DNA of 64,000 nt from Capsulimonadaceae bacterium (GTDB taxonomy: Bacteria; Armatimonadota; Armatimonadia; Armatimonadales; Capsulimonadaceae): the NCBI GenBank assembly GCA_965215505.1, contig OZ244065.1:1248001-1312000 (forward strand). The letters run 5' to 3'. Below, piece after piece: positions 9,216 through 18,763 of the stretch. A model generated the notes under the pieces. It was not told the DNA's origin, searched no databases, and saw only the letters and a program-made list of their open reading frames with translations. How positions within the stretch are numbered: position 1 is the stretch's first letter; each line of letters begins with the position of its first letter. The position numbers were made by a program, and so were the translations under genes.

Positions 9216-10634
9216 TCACCGGGCGCGGGCCTCCAGCCGGAAGAACCATTGCAGGAAGGCCAGCAGCAGGCTGAGGCCGAAGGCCAGCCAGAGCAGCGGG
9301 TTCCACGGGCGCAGGAGGGCCGCCTTCGCCGACTCGTGGAGGCCTTCCGCGTAGTGATGGTCCTGGATCAGAGCCATCCCCAGGATTCCGTGCGGCAGGG
9401 GATAACGGGGATCGAGCCGGATCGCCTCCCGCAGCTCTGCGGCGGCCACGGCGAACTCCCCCACGTCGTCGAGGCAGTCGCCCAGGAAGCAGTGCGCCTT
9501 CGCCGAGTCGGGCCGGAGCCGGACGGCGGCGCGGTAGTGGATGACGGCCCACTGCTTCGCCCCGCGCGCCTCGAACGTCAGGCCCAGGTTGAACCGCGCG
9601 CCGAACGAGTCCGGGTTGATCGCGAGCGCCGCCTGGTATTCGCCGACCGCCTCCTCCAAGCGCCCGTCCTTCCGCAGCAAGTTGCCGAGGTTGAAGTGGG
9701 CCTTCTCGTCGTCCGGCGCGAGCCGCAGCGTCTCCCGCAGTTCCGCCTCCGCCTCTCCCGCTCGCCCGGCAGCCATGAGGAGCAGGGCCAGGTTGCGCCG
9801 CGCGATGCTCTGCGCGGGGGCGGTCCGGGCGGCCCGACGGTAGGAAGCGATGGCCGCCCGGCACCGCCCCTGTCTATCCAGGGCGACGCCCAGGTTGCAA
9901 TGGGCGTCGGCAAAGTCCGGGTCAAGCCGGACGGCCTGGCGGTAACACTCTTCCGCCTCATCGGGCCGCTTCGCCCTCAAGAAACAGCTTCCCAGATGGA
10001 AATAGGCTTCCGCAGACGCGGGATTCGAGGTCAGAAAACACTCATATTCTTTGGTCGCTTCTTCCCAACGCCCCAGCCGGCGGAAAACAGCGCCCAGGCT
10101 GAAATGCGGCTTGTCATAGCCCGGCCGGAGCCGCAGGCACTCGCGGTACTCCGCGATGGCCGCATCATAGTCTTTCATTCCCGCCAGGGCGAGGCCCAGA
10201 TTCATGTGCGCGTCTACGGCATCAGGCTGACGTCCGATGGCGATCCGGTAACGGGCGGCGGCAGCCTCCAGGTCCCCGCGCAGACGGAGGACATTCGCAT
10301 AGTTGAAGTTGGCTGAGAAGAGGAAGGGGGCGATCTCCAGCGCCTCCTGATACTCGGCGACGGCCTCCTCGATCAGCCCTTTCGCTTGCAGCATCAGTCC
10401 GAGGTTGTTGTGCGCCTTCGGGCTTTCCGGGTTCAGGCGCAATGCCTGCCGGTACTCCTCAATCACTTCATCGAACAGGCCCTTCTGCTGATAGACGAGG
10501 CCCAGGTCATAACGCGCCTGGGGGAAGCTCGGGTTGAGGCGCAGGGCCTCCTGATACTCCGAGATGCTGGCATCCAGCTCGCCGGCGCGGTGGAAGGCGA
10601 CGCCTTCCTGGAAATGCTGTAAACTCGTCTTCAT
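9216..10634 (-). CDS. Multi-TPR protein with C-terminal hydrophobic anchor
   Basis: Start at MKTSLQHF. About 12 canonical TPRs (AHNNLG, AHMNLG, AHFNLG). C-terminal PLLWLAFGLSLLLAFLQWFF. Confidence 0.85.
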   Translation of the reverse strand: MKTSLQHFQEGVAFHRAGELDASISEYQEALRLNPSFPQARYDLGLVYQQKGLFDEVIEEYRQALRLNPESPKAHNNLGLMLQAKGLIEEAVAEYQEALEIAPFLFSANFNYANVLRLRGDLEAAAARYRIAIGRQPDAVDAHMNLGLALAGMKDYDAAIAEYRECLRLRPGYDKPHFSLGAVFRRLGRWEEATKEYECFLTSNPASAEAYFHLGSCFLRAKRPDEAEECYRQAVRLDPDFADAHCNLGVALDRQGRCRAAIASYRRAARTAPAQSIARRNLALLLMAAGRAGEAEAELRETLRLAPDDEKAHFNLGNLLRKDGRLEEAVGEYQAALAINPDSFGARFNLGLTFEARGAKQWAVIHYRAAVRLRPDSAKAHCFLGDCLDDVGEFAVAAAELREAIRLDPRYPLPHGILGMALIQDHHYAEGLHESAKAALLRPWNPLLWLAFGLSLLLAFLQWFFRLEARAR

Positions 10635-10644
10635 CCTTGCTGTC

Positions 10645-11481
10645 TCAGACACGCGGCGGCGGGAAAAGTTGCGAGGAACCCTCCAAAAGCATGGCCTCCG
10701 CCTGCGCCCAGAATGGGAGAGCCGTCTCGACGAACTCGCACGGGCGGCTGAACTGCATGGCGTGGGCGGAGCCGGACAGCCGCCGGAACTCGCCGCCCGG
10801 CAGGGCGGCGGCGAGGCGGCGGGCGAGCTGGTCGGGGATGATGCCGTCGCGCGCCCCGCGCAGGATGAGGCAGGGGGCGCGCACTTCGTCCCCGTGGCGC
10901 AGCGGCTCGTCCTCCAGCATCTTGCGGGTCGTCGCCGCGAAGCGCGCGAAGCCCATCTGCGCGAGCATCCGCACCAGGCGGAGGTTGTAGACCTGCGGCT
11001 CCTGGACGCCGTCGAGCAGCAGGCCGACGGCATACCGCCCCGCACTGACGTACTCCTCCCCCACAGTCGGCCCGAGCAGGACCAGGCCCCCCACCCGCTC
11101 GGGATGACGCCGGGCCACCGCGAGGGCGACCTGACAGCCCATGGAGTTCCCCGCCAGGTGGGCGCGCGCGACGCCCTGGGCGTCCATGAGGCGCGTCACC
11201 CAGTCCGCCAGGTCCGCCATCCCCAGGGCTTCGGGCGGGCCGGGCGAGCGGCCATAGCCGGGCATGTCCGGGATGAAAATGGGGACGGACAGACGCCGGC
11301 CCGCCAGCGCGTCGCGCGTCGGCAGCCAGGCCTCGGAGGAGCAGCCCAGGCCGTGCAGCAGGAGGACGGGCAGGCGCAGGGGCGGCGACTGAACGGAGGG
11401 CCGGGCGGGGTCAACGACGTGGCAGAACACGGGGCGCGCGTCCACGGTGAGAGTCTGGGGGCGCGTGGGTTCGGATGACAT
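10645..11481 (-). CDS. Alpha/beta hydrolase
   Basis: LLHGLG, DMPGYGRS, nucleophile elbow GNSMG, catalytic D/H in GARDGII and SAHA. Confidence 0.9.
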   Translation of the reverse strand: MSSEPTRPQTLTVDARPVFCHVVDPARPSVQSPPLRLPVLLLHGLGCSSEAWLPTRDALAGRRLSVPIFIPDMPGYGRSPGPPEALGMADLADWVTRLMDAQGVARAHLAGNSMGCQVALAVARRHPERVGGLVLLGPTVGEEYVSAGRYAVGLLLDGVQEPQVYNLRLVRMLAQMGFARFAATTRKMLEDEPLRHGDEVRAPCLILRGARDGIIPDQLARRLAAALPGGEFRRLSGSAHAMQFSRPCEFVETALPFWAQAEAMLLEGSSQLFPPPRV

Positions 11482-11490
11482 GTCCGGCCA

Positions 11491-12642
11491 TTATACCCCG
11501 CCGACGAGCAGGCGCGGGACGCGGGCGGTCAGGCCGGTGGTGACCTCGTGCGGGGTCGTCCGGAGGGCGGCGGCGAGGCCGCCTGCGGAGATCGTCTCGC
11601 CGCCGCCCGTCCCGATCAGAGTGGCGGCGTCGCCGGCTCGGACGCCGGGGATATGGCTGACGTCCACGACCGTCTGGTCCATGCAGACGCGGCCACAGAT
11701 GGGCGCGCGCCGGCCGTGGAGCAGGACATGGCCGATGCCCGAGAAGCGGCGCGGGTAGCCGTCGCCGTAGCCGACGCCCAGGGTGGCATAGACGCCGCCG
11801 CCGGGCGGGACGGTGTAGGTGCGGCCATAGGAGATGGTCGCGCCGCCGGGCAGGGGGCGGCAGAGGGTGACGCGGGCCTTGAGGGAGAGGACGGGGCGCA
11901 GGGGCATGTCCTCCGCCGTGAAGTCGTTTGGCGTCGGCTCGATGCCGTAGAGCAGGAGGCCGGGGCGGATCAGGCCGTGACGCATCGCGGGCGGCAGGCC
12001 CAGGGCGGCGGGCGAGTTCGCCGCGTGGATGAGGAGGCCGTCGGCGCGCGGCCCCAGGGCGTCCAGGAATGCGGCGAACAGGTCGTGCTGCACCAGGGCG
12101 TCGGCGTGGTCCTCGTCGGCGCTGGCGAAGTGGGTGGCGATGCCGGTCACGCGCAGGCCCGGCAGTCGGTCCAGATGGTCAAGGAAATCGCGGGCTTCGG
12201 CGGCCCGGACGCCCGCCCGGCCGATGCCGGTGTCCACGTCCAGGTGCGCGTCGGTGACGAGGCCAAGGTCCTGGGCGGACTCGGAGAGCGCCCGCGCCGT
12301 GTCCAGGCTGCTCAGGAGCGGCGTCAGGCGGTGGAGCGCGATGGCCGGGGCTTCTTCAGGGAAGGCGGGGCCGAGCAGGTAGATGGCGGCGTCGGGCGGC
12401 ACGAGGGCGCGCAGGGCCGCGCCTTCGGCGGGGGTCGCGACGCCGAAGTCGCGCAGGCCGAGGCCGGCGCAGAGGGGGGCGACCAGGGAGGTGTCGTGGC
12501 CATAGGCGTTCGCCTTGACCACGGCCATGAGGCGGGCGGGGCCGAACCGGCATCGCAGGAGGGCGACGTTGTGGGCGAGCGCGCCGCCGTCGATCTCGGC
12601 CCAGAGCCTCGGCGGGATCGGGGGCGCTGAGGCTGGAGTCAC
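11491..12642 (-). CDS. alr: Alanine racemase
   Basis: AVVKANAYGH PLP motif, DTGIGRAG, HAANS, GYGDG, GRVCMDQ. GTG start overlaps the upstream stop. Confidence 0.93.
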   Translation of the reverse strand: MTPASAPPIPPRLWAEIDGGALAHNVALLRCRFGPARLMAVVKANAYGHDTSLVAPLCAGLGLRDFGVATPAEGAALRALVPPDAAIYLLGPAFPEEAPAIALHRLTPLLSSLDTARALSESAQDLGLVTDAHLDVDTGIGRAGVRAAEARDFLDHLDRLPGLRVTGIATHFASADEDHADALVQHDLFAAFLDALGPRADGLLIHAANSPAALGLPPAMRHGLIRPGLLLYGIEPTPNDFTAEDMPLRPVLSLKARVTLCRPLPGGATISYGRTYTVPPGGGVYATLGVGYGDGYPRRFSGIGHVLLHGRRAPICGRVCMDQTVVDVSHIPGVRAGDAATLIGTGGGETISAGGLAAALRTTPHEVTTGLTARVPRLLVGGV

Positions 12643-14141
12643 GGGCGGACCAGGGCGACCGGCCTGGGCGCCCCGGCCTCCGAAAGCTGGCGGCGGCTGC
12701 GCGCGGCCGACCGGTGGTAGGCGGCCGGGGCGAGCTGGCCCAGGGCGCGCTCGTAGCGGTCGCGCCGGCCATAGACGACGATCATGTTGGTCAGCTTGCG
12801 GCCCGGTTTTGCCAGCGTCGCGCCGTTGTAGTAAAAGCCCGTGCTGGTGCCGGCGTCCAGGTTCATTGCCTCGGCCGCGCCGAGCGCGCGCATCGCGCGG
12901 GCCAAGCGGCCCAGGGAGATCGGCTCGTGAGTCATGGCGAAGAAGAGGGTGTTGCCGCGCGTAATGCCCACGGCGATGCGCGAATTGGGCGCGAGCATGT
13001 GCCGGTCGCGGAACCGCTCGGAGGGCGGGTCGAGGACGACCCGGCCGTCGTGCAGGAGGCGCGGGCCGCAGGCGACGACAAAATCGTAGGGACTCCAGTC
13101 GTGGTGCCGGCCCCAGGTGCAGGTGACCATCTCGGCATGGTTGCCGGGCGTGATGCACAGGGCGGTGCCCATGCCGCCGAAGTGGACGAGGCTGCCGTCA
13201 ATGACGATGTCGCCGACGGGCTGCAAGTCGTTCAGCGAGAAGAAGGTGCCGGTGACGGCGACGTTCGGGTTGGCGCGCTCGATCATCTGCCGGAACGGCT
13301 CCGAGGTGCCGTTGCCGTGCTGGGCCATGACGGCGGAAACCTTGATGTTGGGGTCGTTCAGGTCTACGGAGATGACCTTGACGGGGACGCCGGCCGCGCC
13401 GGTCTGCCAGAACCGGATGTTCCTGCCGCCGCTGCCGTCGCCGTGCAGGGCGATCCAGTGCGCCCGTCCGGCCGCCAGGTGGGCGTTGCGCGCCGCCTGG
13501 ACGTTCTCGGCGTGGGCGCGGTAGGCGGCCAAGACTTTGGAAAGGTGTACGGCGCGCAGGGCCTGCCGCCGGGCAGTGTCGGCGCGGTCCGCCGCCTGCT
13601 TCCGGGCCAGACGCGCCTGCCGGATGGCCTGCTGTTGGGATGCCTCCGCCTGACGCGCGGCGGCTTGGGCCGCGAGGGTGCGGGCGCGCGCCGCCGACCG
13701 GGCCTGGGAGGCCGACCGCGCCGCCGACTGCTCCTCCGCGCGTGCGGCCAGACGCCCAGCACGGGCGTTCGTCCTCCTGACGGCAGGCTTGGCGGCGACG
13801 ACCGGTGCCTTGCCGTGATGGCGGCGTGCCGCTTTGGCTTGACGGGCCTGGGCGCGCTGGGCCTTTTTGGCTTGCTCCTGCATCACGGCGACCTTGGCAT
13901 CGTGCTTGCGCTGCCACAGCCGCTCATGGCGCTTCTCGGCGACGCGCTCGCCACGGGGGAGTGAGTGCAGCTTCGCCAGGTGTTCGCGCCAGGCTTTCTT
14001 CTCCTTCATCGCCAGCCGCCTTAGCTGCCGCGCCTGGGCCGCTTTTTCCGCCGAGGGGTGGTGCCGGTCGGTTCCGGCGGAGCCGGGGGAGACGGCACAG
14101 GCGAGAAGGACGAGCGCGAGAAGAATGGATAAGAGACGCAT
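12639..14141 (-). CDS. Secreted phosphodiester glycosidase (NAGPA/DUF2233) family protein with long basic coiled-coil N-terminus
   Basis: Signal peptide MRLLSILL, Ala/Arg/Gln-rich helix, GTFF, GPRLLHDG, SRIAVG, AMNLDAGTS. Confidence 0.8.
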   Translation of the reverse strand: MRLLSILLALVLLACAVSPGSAGTDRHHPSAEKAAQARQLRRLAMKEKKAWREHLAKLHSLPRGERVAEKRHERLWQRKHDAKVAVMQEQAKKAQRAQARQAKAARRHHGKAPVVAAKPAVRRTNARAGRLAARAEEQSAARSASQARSAARARTLAAQAAARQAEASQQQAIRQARLARKQAADRADTARRQALRAVHLSKVLAAYRAHAENVQAARNAHLAAGRAHWIALHGDGSGGRNIRFWQTGAAGVPVKVISVDLNDPNIKVSAVMAQHGNGTSEPFRQMIERANPNVAVTGTFFSLNDLQPVGDIVIDGSLVHFGGMGTALCITPGNHAEMVTCTWGRHHDWSPYDFVVACGPRLLHDGRVVLDPPSERFRDRHMLAPNSRIAVGITRGNTLFFAMTHEPISLGRLARAMRALGAAEAMNLDAGTSTGFYYNGATLAKPGRKLTNMIVVYGRRDRYERALGQLAPAAYHRSAARSRRQLSEAGAPRPVALVRP

Positions 14142-14276
14142 CGGAAAAGGGACCCTCGGGAGCGGTGCGGCGATGTAGCGGCGTTGTGTGGCGACGTACC
14201 GCGTTACGCCTATCATACCACAGTTACCGGGGGTTCATCAAGACGGGGGAGGCAATAAAGGTCAGGCGGGGGGACG

Positions 14277-14939
14277 TCAGGAGCCATGCAGCACGCGCCA
14301 TGCCGCTTCTAAAGCAGCGCGCAGATCGGCGGCGGCGCTCTGGGGGTCGGGGGCCTCGGTCACGGCTTGAGTGACGGCCACGCCGTCCGCGCCCGCCCGC
14401 AGGCAGTCGGCAACGTCGGCGGGGGTCTGGATGCCGCCGAAGGCGACCACGGGGATGTGGACGGCGTCCTTGATCTTCCGCATCAGGGCCAGGCCCTCGC
14501 CGGGGGCCTCGGCGTCGAAGGCCGGGCCGACCTGTACATAGTCCGCCCCGCCGCGCTCGGCGCGGGCCGCGCCGGTGACGGTGTGTGCGAACGAGCCGAC
14601 GGTTGCCTCGCCCGAGGGGCGCAGGAACCGGCGGGCATCGGCGGGCTTGTAGGCGCGCTCGGTCAGCAGGACGCCGTCCGCGCCGCACTTCTCGGCCAGC
14701 TCCAGGTCGCCCGTGACGATGAACTGTGCCTGTCCGGCCGTCATCTCGCGCAGGCGCAGGGCGACGGCATAGAGGCCCAGGTCGTCCACGGAGGCGTTGC
14801 GGACGCGGAGTTGGACGATGTTGACGCCGCCCGCCACGGCGGCTTCGACCAGGGAGAGCGGGTCGGCCTTGTCCGCGCGGGGCCTATAGAGCGCGCGCCC
14901 GGTCACGAGGGTCAGGCTGGGTTGAGGGATGGCTGTCAC
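14277..14939 (-). CDS. thiE: Thiamine phosphate synthase / TenI-like protein
   Basis: GVNIVQLR, GADGVLL, GADYVQVGPAF, PVVAFGGI, GADGVAV. Several ThiE residues are divergent, so it may be TenI-like. Confidence 0.7.
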   Translation of the reverse strand: MTAIPQPSLTLVTGRALYRPRADKADPLSLVEAAVAGGVNIVQLRVRNASVDDLGLYAVALRLREMTAGQAQFIVTGDLELAEKCGADGVLLTERAYKPADARRFLRPSGEATVGSFAHTVTGAARAERGGADYVQVGPAFDAEAPGEGLALMRKIKDAVHIPVVAFGGIQTPADVADCLRAGADGVAVTQAVTEAPDPQSAAADLRAALEAAWRVLHGS

Positions 14940-15018
14940 ACTGACTATTTTACCCCGTTTTGATGCCCGATGCAAACACGCCACCGGAAGACGCGCGGGG
15001 CGCCATCCTTTCCTCGCA

Positions 15019-18000
15019 CTATCCTTCCCGCGTCGCTTCCTCGGTGGCCTGTTCCAGCGAGAGCGCCTTGCCCGCCGACCAGGTCGCCGCGAAGGCCGCT
15101 TCGCCCAGCGCGGACCGCGCCGCTGCGAGGGCCGAGGCCTCGGCGGGCGACAGGGGCGCTTCGGTTCCCTGGAAAGCGTCCGCCGCGCCGAACACGCGGG
15201 CCACCCGCGCCCACTCCTCCCGCACGGCCGCGAGCCGCCCGAGGCAGCGCAGCGCCCACGGGGCGGAACGGCGCATGCCCATCTGCGCCACCAGCCGCAG
15301 ATGCTCCGCGAGCAGGGGATGGGCCTGTGCGTGTTCCTCCTCCCGCAAGGCCGCCTCCCCGGCGAGGGCGAGTGCGGCGGACAGGCCCCAGGGGTCCTTC
15401 AGCTCGCGGAACAATGCCACGCACTCTTCCAGCAGGGCGCGTGCCTGCGCGTAGTCTTCCTGGCCGATGCCGCAGCGCGCCAGACACCAGAGCGCGTGCC
15501 CCGTCTTCTGCGGATTGCCCAGCGCGCGGGAAAGGGAAAGGCTCTCGGCATAAAGCGCCTGCGCTTCTGCGAGGCGCTCCTGGCGCAGCGCCGCGTTCCC
15601 CAGCAGCATGGACGAATGGGCGATACCGCTCGGGTTCCCGATCTCACGGTGGATCACCAGACTCTCCGTGAGGGCGGCATGGGCCGCCGAGGGGTCGCCG
15701 TCGATGGAGATATCCCCCAGGTTGCACAGCAGGTTCGCCTCGGCCTTGCGGTCCCCCAGCTCCCGCGCGATGGCGAGGCCCTCCTCGAACAGGGGGCGGG
15801 CCGAGACGCTGTCCCCGTGGATGCTGAGGAGGCCGCCCGCGCGGCTCAACGCTTTGGCCCGCGCGGCTGTCCGCGCCTCCGCGCCGGGGCGGCCCAGCGC
15901 GGCGGCATAGCGCCGCTGCCCCTCCGCGAAGTAGCCGCGTATCCACCACAGGAAGAACAAGTCCGATGCCAGCCGCAGGCCCGGCTGCGCCCCGTCCGGC
16001 TCCTCCAGGCACCAATCCATGGCGGCCCGCAGGTTGCCGTTTTCTTCCTCCAGCCGGTCTAGCCAGGCGGGCTGCCCCGGCCCCTGCAACTCGGGCTTGG
16101 CCCGCTCCGCCAGGCGCAGGAACTCGTCCCGGTGCCGCCCGCGCACGGCCTGCTCCTCGCCGCACTCCTCCAGGCGCACGCGGGCATACTGGCGCACGGT
16201 TTCCAGGAGCCGGTAGCGCGTCGCTCCCCCCACACTGCCCATCTCCACGGACACCAGCGACTTCTCCGTCAGCGAGGTGAGCAGGTCCAGCACCTCATAC
16301 GGTTCGACGCTCCCCTCCCCGCTGCCCCCGGCGCAGACCGCTTCCGCCGCTTCCAGCCGCCACCCGCCCGTAAACACGCTCAAGCGGTGCAGCAGCGAGC
16401 GCTCGGCCTCGGACAGCAGGCCGTAACTCCAGTCGATTGCCGCGCGCAAAGTCTGGTGGCGCGGCGTCGCCGCCCGGTTACCAGCCACCAGCAGGCGGAA
16501 GCGGTCGCCCAGGCGCGCGCAGATCTCCTGCGGCGACAGCGACCGGACGCGGGCGGCGGCCAGTTCCAGGGCCAGCGGGATGCCGTCGAGGTGGTGACAG
16601 ATCTCCGCCACCGCCTGGGCGTTGCGCCGGGTCAGGCGGAAGGCCGGGCTGGTCTGGGCCGCCCGCTCCGTGAACAGGCGCACGGCCTCATACTCCAGCA
16701 GCGCCGACACGTTTTTCTCCGCGCGGGCCGGGTCCGCCTCCGGCCCGAACCGCTCCAGGGGCGGGAGGCGCAGGGAAGGGACGGCATAGATCTGCTCCCC
16801 CAGCACCCCCAGCGCCTGGCGACTCGTGGCCAGCACCCGCAGGCCGGGGCAGGCCGAGAGCAGATGGAACGCCAGCGCGGCGCAGGCGTCCAGGACGTGT
16901 TCGCAGTTGTCCAGCACCAGCAGCAGGGACGACGCCGTCAGGGCCTCAGCCAGCCGCTCCTCGGGGGACCGCCCCGCCTCGTCGCCGATCCCCAGCGTCT
17001 TCAAAACCGCTTCCGCCACGAGCGAGGGCGCGCTGACGGGTGCCAGATCCACGAACCAGACGCCGCCCGCGAACCGGGGCATCGCGGCTTCCGCCGACGC
17101 GACCGCCAGCCGCGTCTTGCCCGAGCCGCCCGCGCCCAGCAGGGTCACGAGCCGGCCGCGGAGCAGCCAGCCGGTCACCTCCTCGACCTCCTGCGTGCGC
17201 CCGATCAGGTCGGTGAGCGGGATGGGGAGGTGACGCCGGGTAGGGGCGGGGGGCGCGGGGGCGGGCGCGGCCGCCTGCGGCCTGGCCCCCTCCTCCGTCA
17301 GATGCCGGTACAAAGCCCTGGTCTCCGGGGAAGGCTCCGTGTTGAGGTCCTGGCGGAGCAGCCGGCGCAGGTCCTGGTAGACCTGGGTGACGGCGGCCCG
17401 GTCCCCGCCTTCCGCCAGGGCCGCCATCAGTGCGCCGCTGGCGCTCTCGCGGCGTGGGTCGGCAGAAACCAGCCGCCGGAGCCAGTGGACGGCGGTTTTG
17501 GGATCGCCCCGCTCGGTGGCTTTCTGCGCCAGCCCTTCCAGGGCGGCAAGAGACGCCTGCATGCGCTCCTCGCGCTCCGGCAGGACCCACTCGTCGGCGC
17601 AGTCCGGCAGGAGCGGCCCTTCATATAACTCGACCGCCTGCGCCAGCTCTTCCTCCGAGGGAGTGTGGGAGGGCGTCTTCCGCACGGCCCGGTCGAAGGC
17701 GGCAACATCGGCGAAGGCACCGGACAGGTCGAAGCGGAGGGTGCGGGGCGTGGGGGACAGCAGGCGGGCGGCCTCCGGCCCGAGCGCGTGACGCAGATTG
17801 GTCAGGCTGCGGCGCAGGTACAGGAGGGCGCGGTCGGTGTCGCTGTCGGGCCAGAAGGCGGCGGCGAGGGTGTCACGCGAGAGTTCGCGGTCGTGTTTGA
17901 GGACCAGCAGGGCCAGCAGCCACCACTCTTTCCGGTAGCGGGGCGGGGGCAGCGGACTGCCGTGGACACGGATATCACAGCCGCCGAGCAGCCGGATCTC

Positions 18001-18051
18001 CAGCGCGGGCGGCGGGGACTCGAGCGTCTCGGGTTCGGGCAACGCGGGCAT
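15019..18051 (-). CDS. AfsR/SARP-like regulator: wHTH-BTAD + NB-ARC-type NTPase + TPR
   Basis: IRLLGG...LAAAFWPD wHTH, BTAD (LYEGPLLPDCADEWV), Walker A GAGGSGKT, Walker B LLVLDNCE, LDGIPLALELAAAR, C-terminal TPRs. Confidence 0.92.
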   Translation of the reverse strand: MPALPEPETLESPPPALEIRLLGGCDIRVHGSPLPPPRYRKEWWLLALLVLKHDRELSRDTLAAAFWPDSDTDRALLYLRRSLTNLRHALGPEAARLLSPTPRTLRFDLSGAFADVAAFDRAVRKTPSHTPSEEELAQAVELYEGPLLPDCADEWVLPEREERMQASLAALEGLAQKATERGDPKTAVHWLRRLVSADPRRESASGALMAALAEGGDRAAVTQVYQDLRRLLRQDLNTEPSPETRALYRHLTEEGARPQAAAPAPAPPAPTRRHLPIPLTDLIGRTQEVEEVTGWLLRGRLVTLLGAGGSGKTRLAVASAEAAMPRFAGGVWFVDLAPVSAPSLVAEAVLKTLGIGDEAGRSPEERLAEALTASSLLLVLDNCEHVLDACAALAFHLLSACPGLRVLATSRQALGVLGEQIYAVPSLRLPPLERFGPEADPARAEKNVSALLEYEAVRLFTERAAQTSPAFRLTRRNAQAVAEICHHLDGIPLALELAAARVRSLSPQEICARLGDRFRLLVAGNRAATPRHQTLRAAIDWSYGLLSEAERSLLHRLSVFTGGWRLEAAEAVCAGGSGEGSVEPYEVLDLLTSLTEKSLVSVEMGSVGGATRYRLLETVRQYARVRLEECGEEQAVRGRHRDEFLRLAERAKPELQGPGQPAWLDRLEEENGNLRAAMDWCLEEPDGAQPGLRLASDLFFLWWIRGYFAEGQRRYAAALGRPGAEARTAARAKALSRAGGLLSIHGDSVSARPLFEEGLAIARELGDRKAEANLLCNLGDISIDGDPSAAHAALTESLVIHREIGNPSGIAHSSMLLGNAALRQERLAEAQALYAESLSLSRALGNPQKTGHALWCLARCGIGQEDYAQARALLEECVALFRELKDPWGLSAALALAGEAALREEEHAQAHPLLAEHLRLVAQMGMRRSAPWALRCLGRLAAVREEWARVARVFGAADAFQGTEAPLSPAEASALAAARSALGEAAFAATWSAGKALSLEQATEEATREG

Positions 18052-18147
18052 GGGAGGTCTTTCTAGGTCGCGCGGGCTGTCGAGGCTGGGGGGAGTCCGA
18101 CGCCCCGTAACTCAAATTTCGACGCTCACCAGTCAGATTCCTCTGTT

Positions 18148-18184
18148 TTGGTTACGCTTTGCGATACGCTTGGGGCGATATAAT
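18148..18184 (+). promoter_or_regulatory. Direct-repeat operator/promoter 1 (putative SARP site)
   Basis: GTTACGCT-ttgc-GATACGCT, 8 bp spacer, TATAAT at 18179-18184. Confidence 0.75.
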
Positions 18185-18232
18185 GGCCTCAGCAACGAAG
18201 CGGAGCCTAAAAAGGGCAGAGGAGACACGACC

Positions 18233-18448
18233 ATGCAGCAGGCACTTTACAACCAAGTCGGCATCAGCGGCCAAGCAGGCATCAGCGGCCAAGCAGGCAT
18301 CAGCGGCCAACCCGCGACGGGGACGGCCCGGCGCGGCGCGGCGCTGGTGCGGTGGGTCGCCCACCGGTGGGAGCTGGCGGGGGTGCTGGCGCTGATGGGG
18401 GCGAGCGCCGCTTATGGCGTGTTCGCGCTGACCCACCTGGGCCTGTAG
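18233..18448 (+). CDS. Small (71 aa) protein with (GISGQA) tandem repeats and C-terminal TM helix
   Basis: RBS AGAGGAGA, ATG at 18233, dedicated upstream promoter. Confidence 0.7.
   Translation: MQQALYNQVGISGQAGISGQAGISGQPATGTARRGAALVRWVAHRWELAGVLALMGASAAYGVFALTHLGL
18260..18310 (+). repeat. 18-bp tandem repeat, 2.8 copies (ggcatcagcggccaagca)
   Basis: Exact copies start at 18260, 18278 and 18296. Confidence 0.95.
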
Positions 18449-18530
18449 GCGGCATCCCCGCCCTCGGCGCAGCCATCAAAATTATGACCGCCCCGCGCGC
18501 GGGGTGCCCGCCCCGCGAGAATCCCGCGGT

Positions 18531-18567
18531 TTGGTTACGCTTTGCGTTACGCTCCAGGCGCTACAAT
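18531..18567 (+). promoter_or_regulatory. Direct-repeat operator/promoter 2 (putative SARP site)
   Basis: GTTACGCT-ttgc-GTTACGCT, 8 bp spacer, TACAAT at 18562-18567. Confidence 0.75.
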
Positions 18568-18763
18568 GGTCTCGACAATGAACTCAGACGCCAATCCGGG
18601 CCGGGCGCTCTCGGCAGGACGTTCCGACCGGACACCCGCCCGCGTGAATGGCGAACCCGTTTAGCTACTGTCAACTCGGTTCACTGTCCGCCCCCACGCT
18701 CGTGCGGCGGGCCTCGGCCCATCTTTAGCCGTGGGGCTTCTTTAGATTCTCGGAAGGTTCACC

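Noticed and set aside
9216-11045. 609-aa TPR ORF start given by the track
   Set aside because: The N-terminal extension overlaps the hydrolase in another frame. The likely start is MKTSLQ at 10634.
14940-15018. TPP riboswitch upstream of the thiE-like gene
   Set aside because: The intergenic gap is under 80 bp and lacks the CTGAGA/conserved THI core.
18260-18310. Short exact repeats as a CRISPR array
   Set aside because: The repeats are head to tail with no spacers, are in frame within an ORF, and there are no cas genes.
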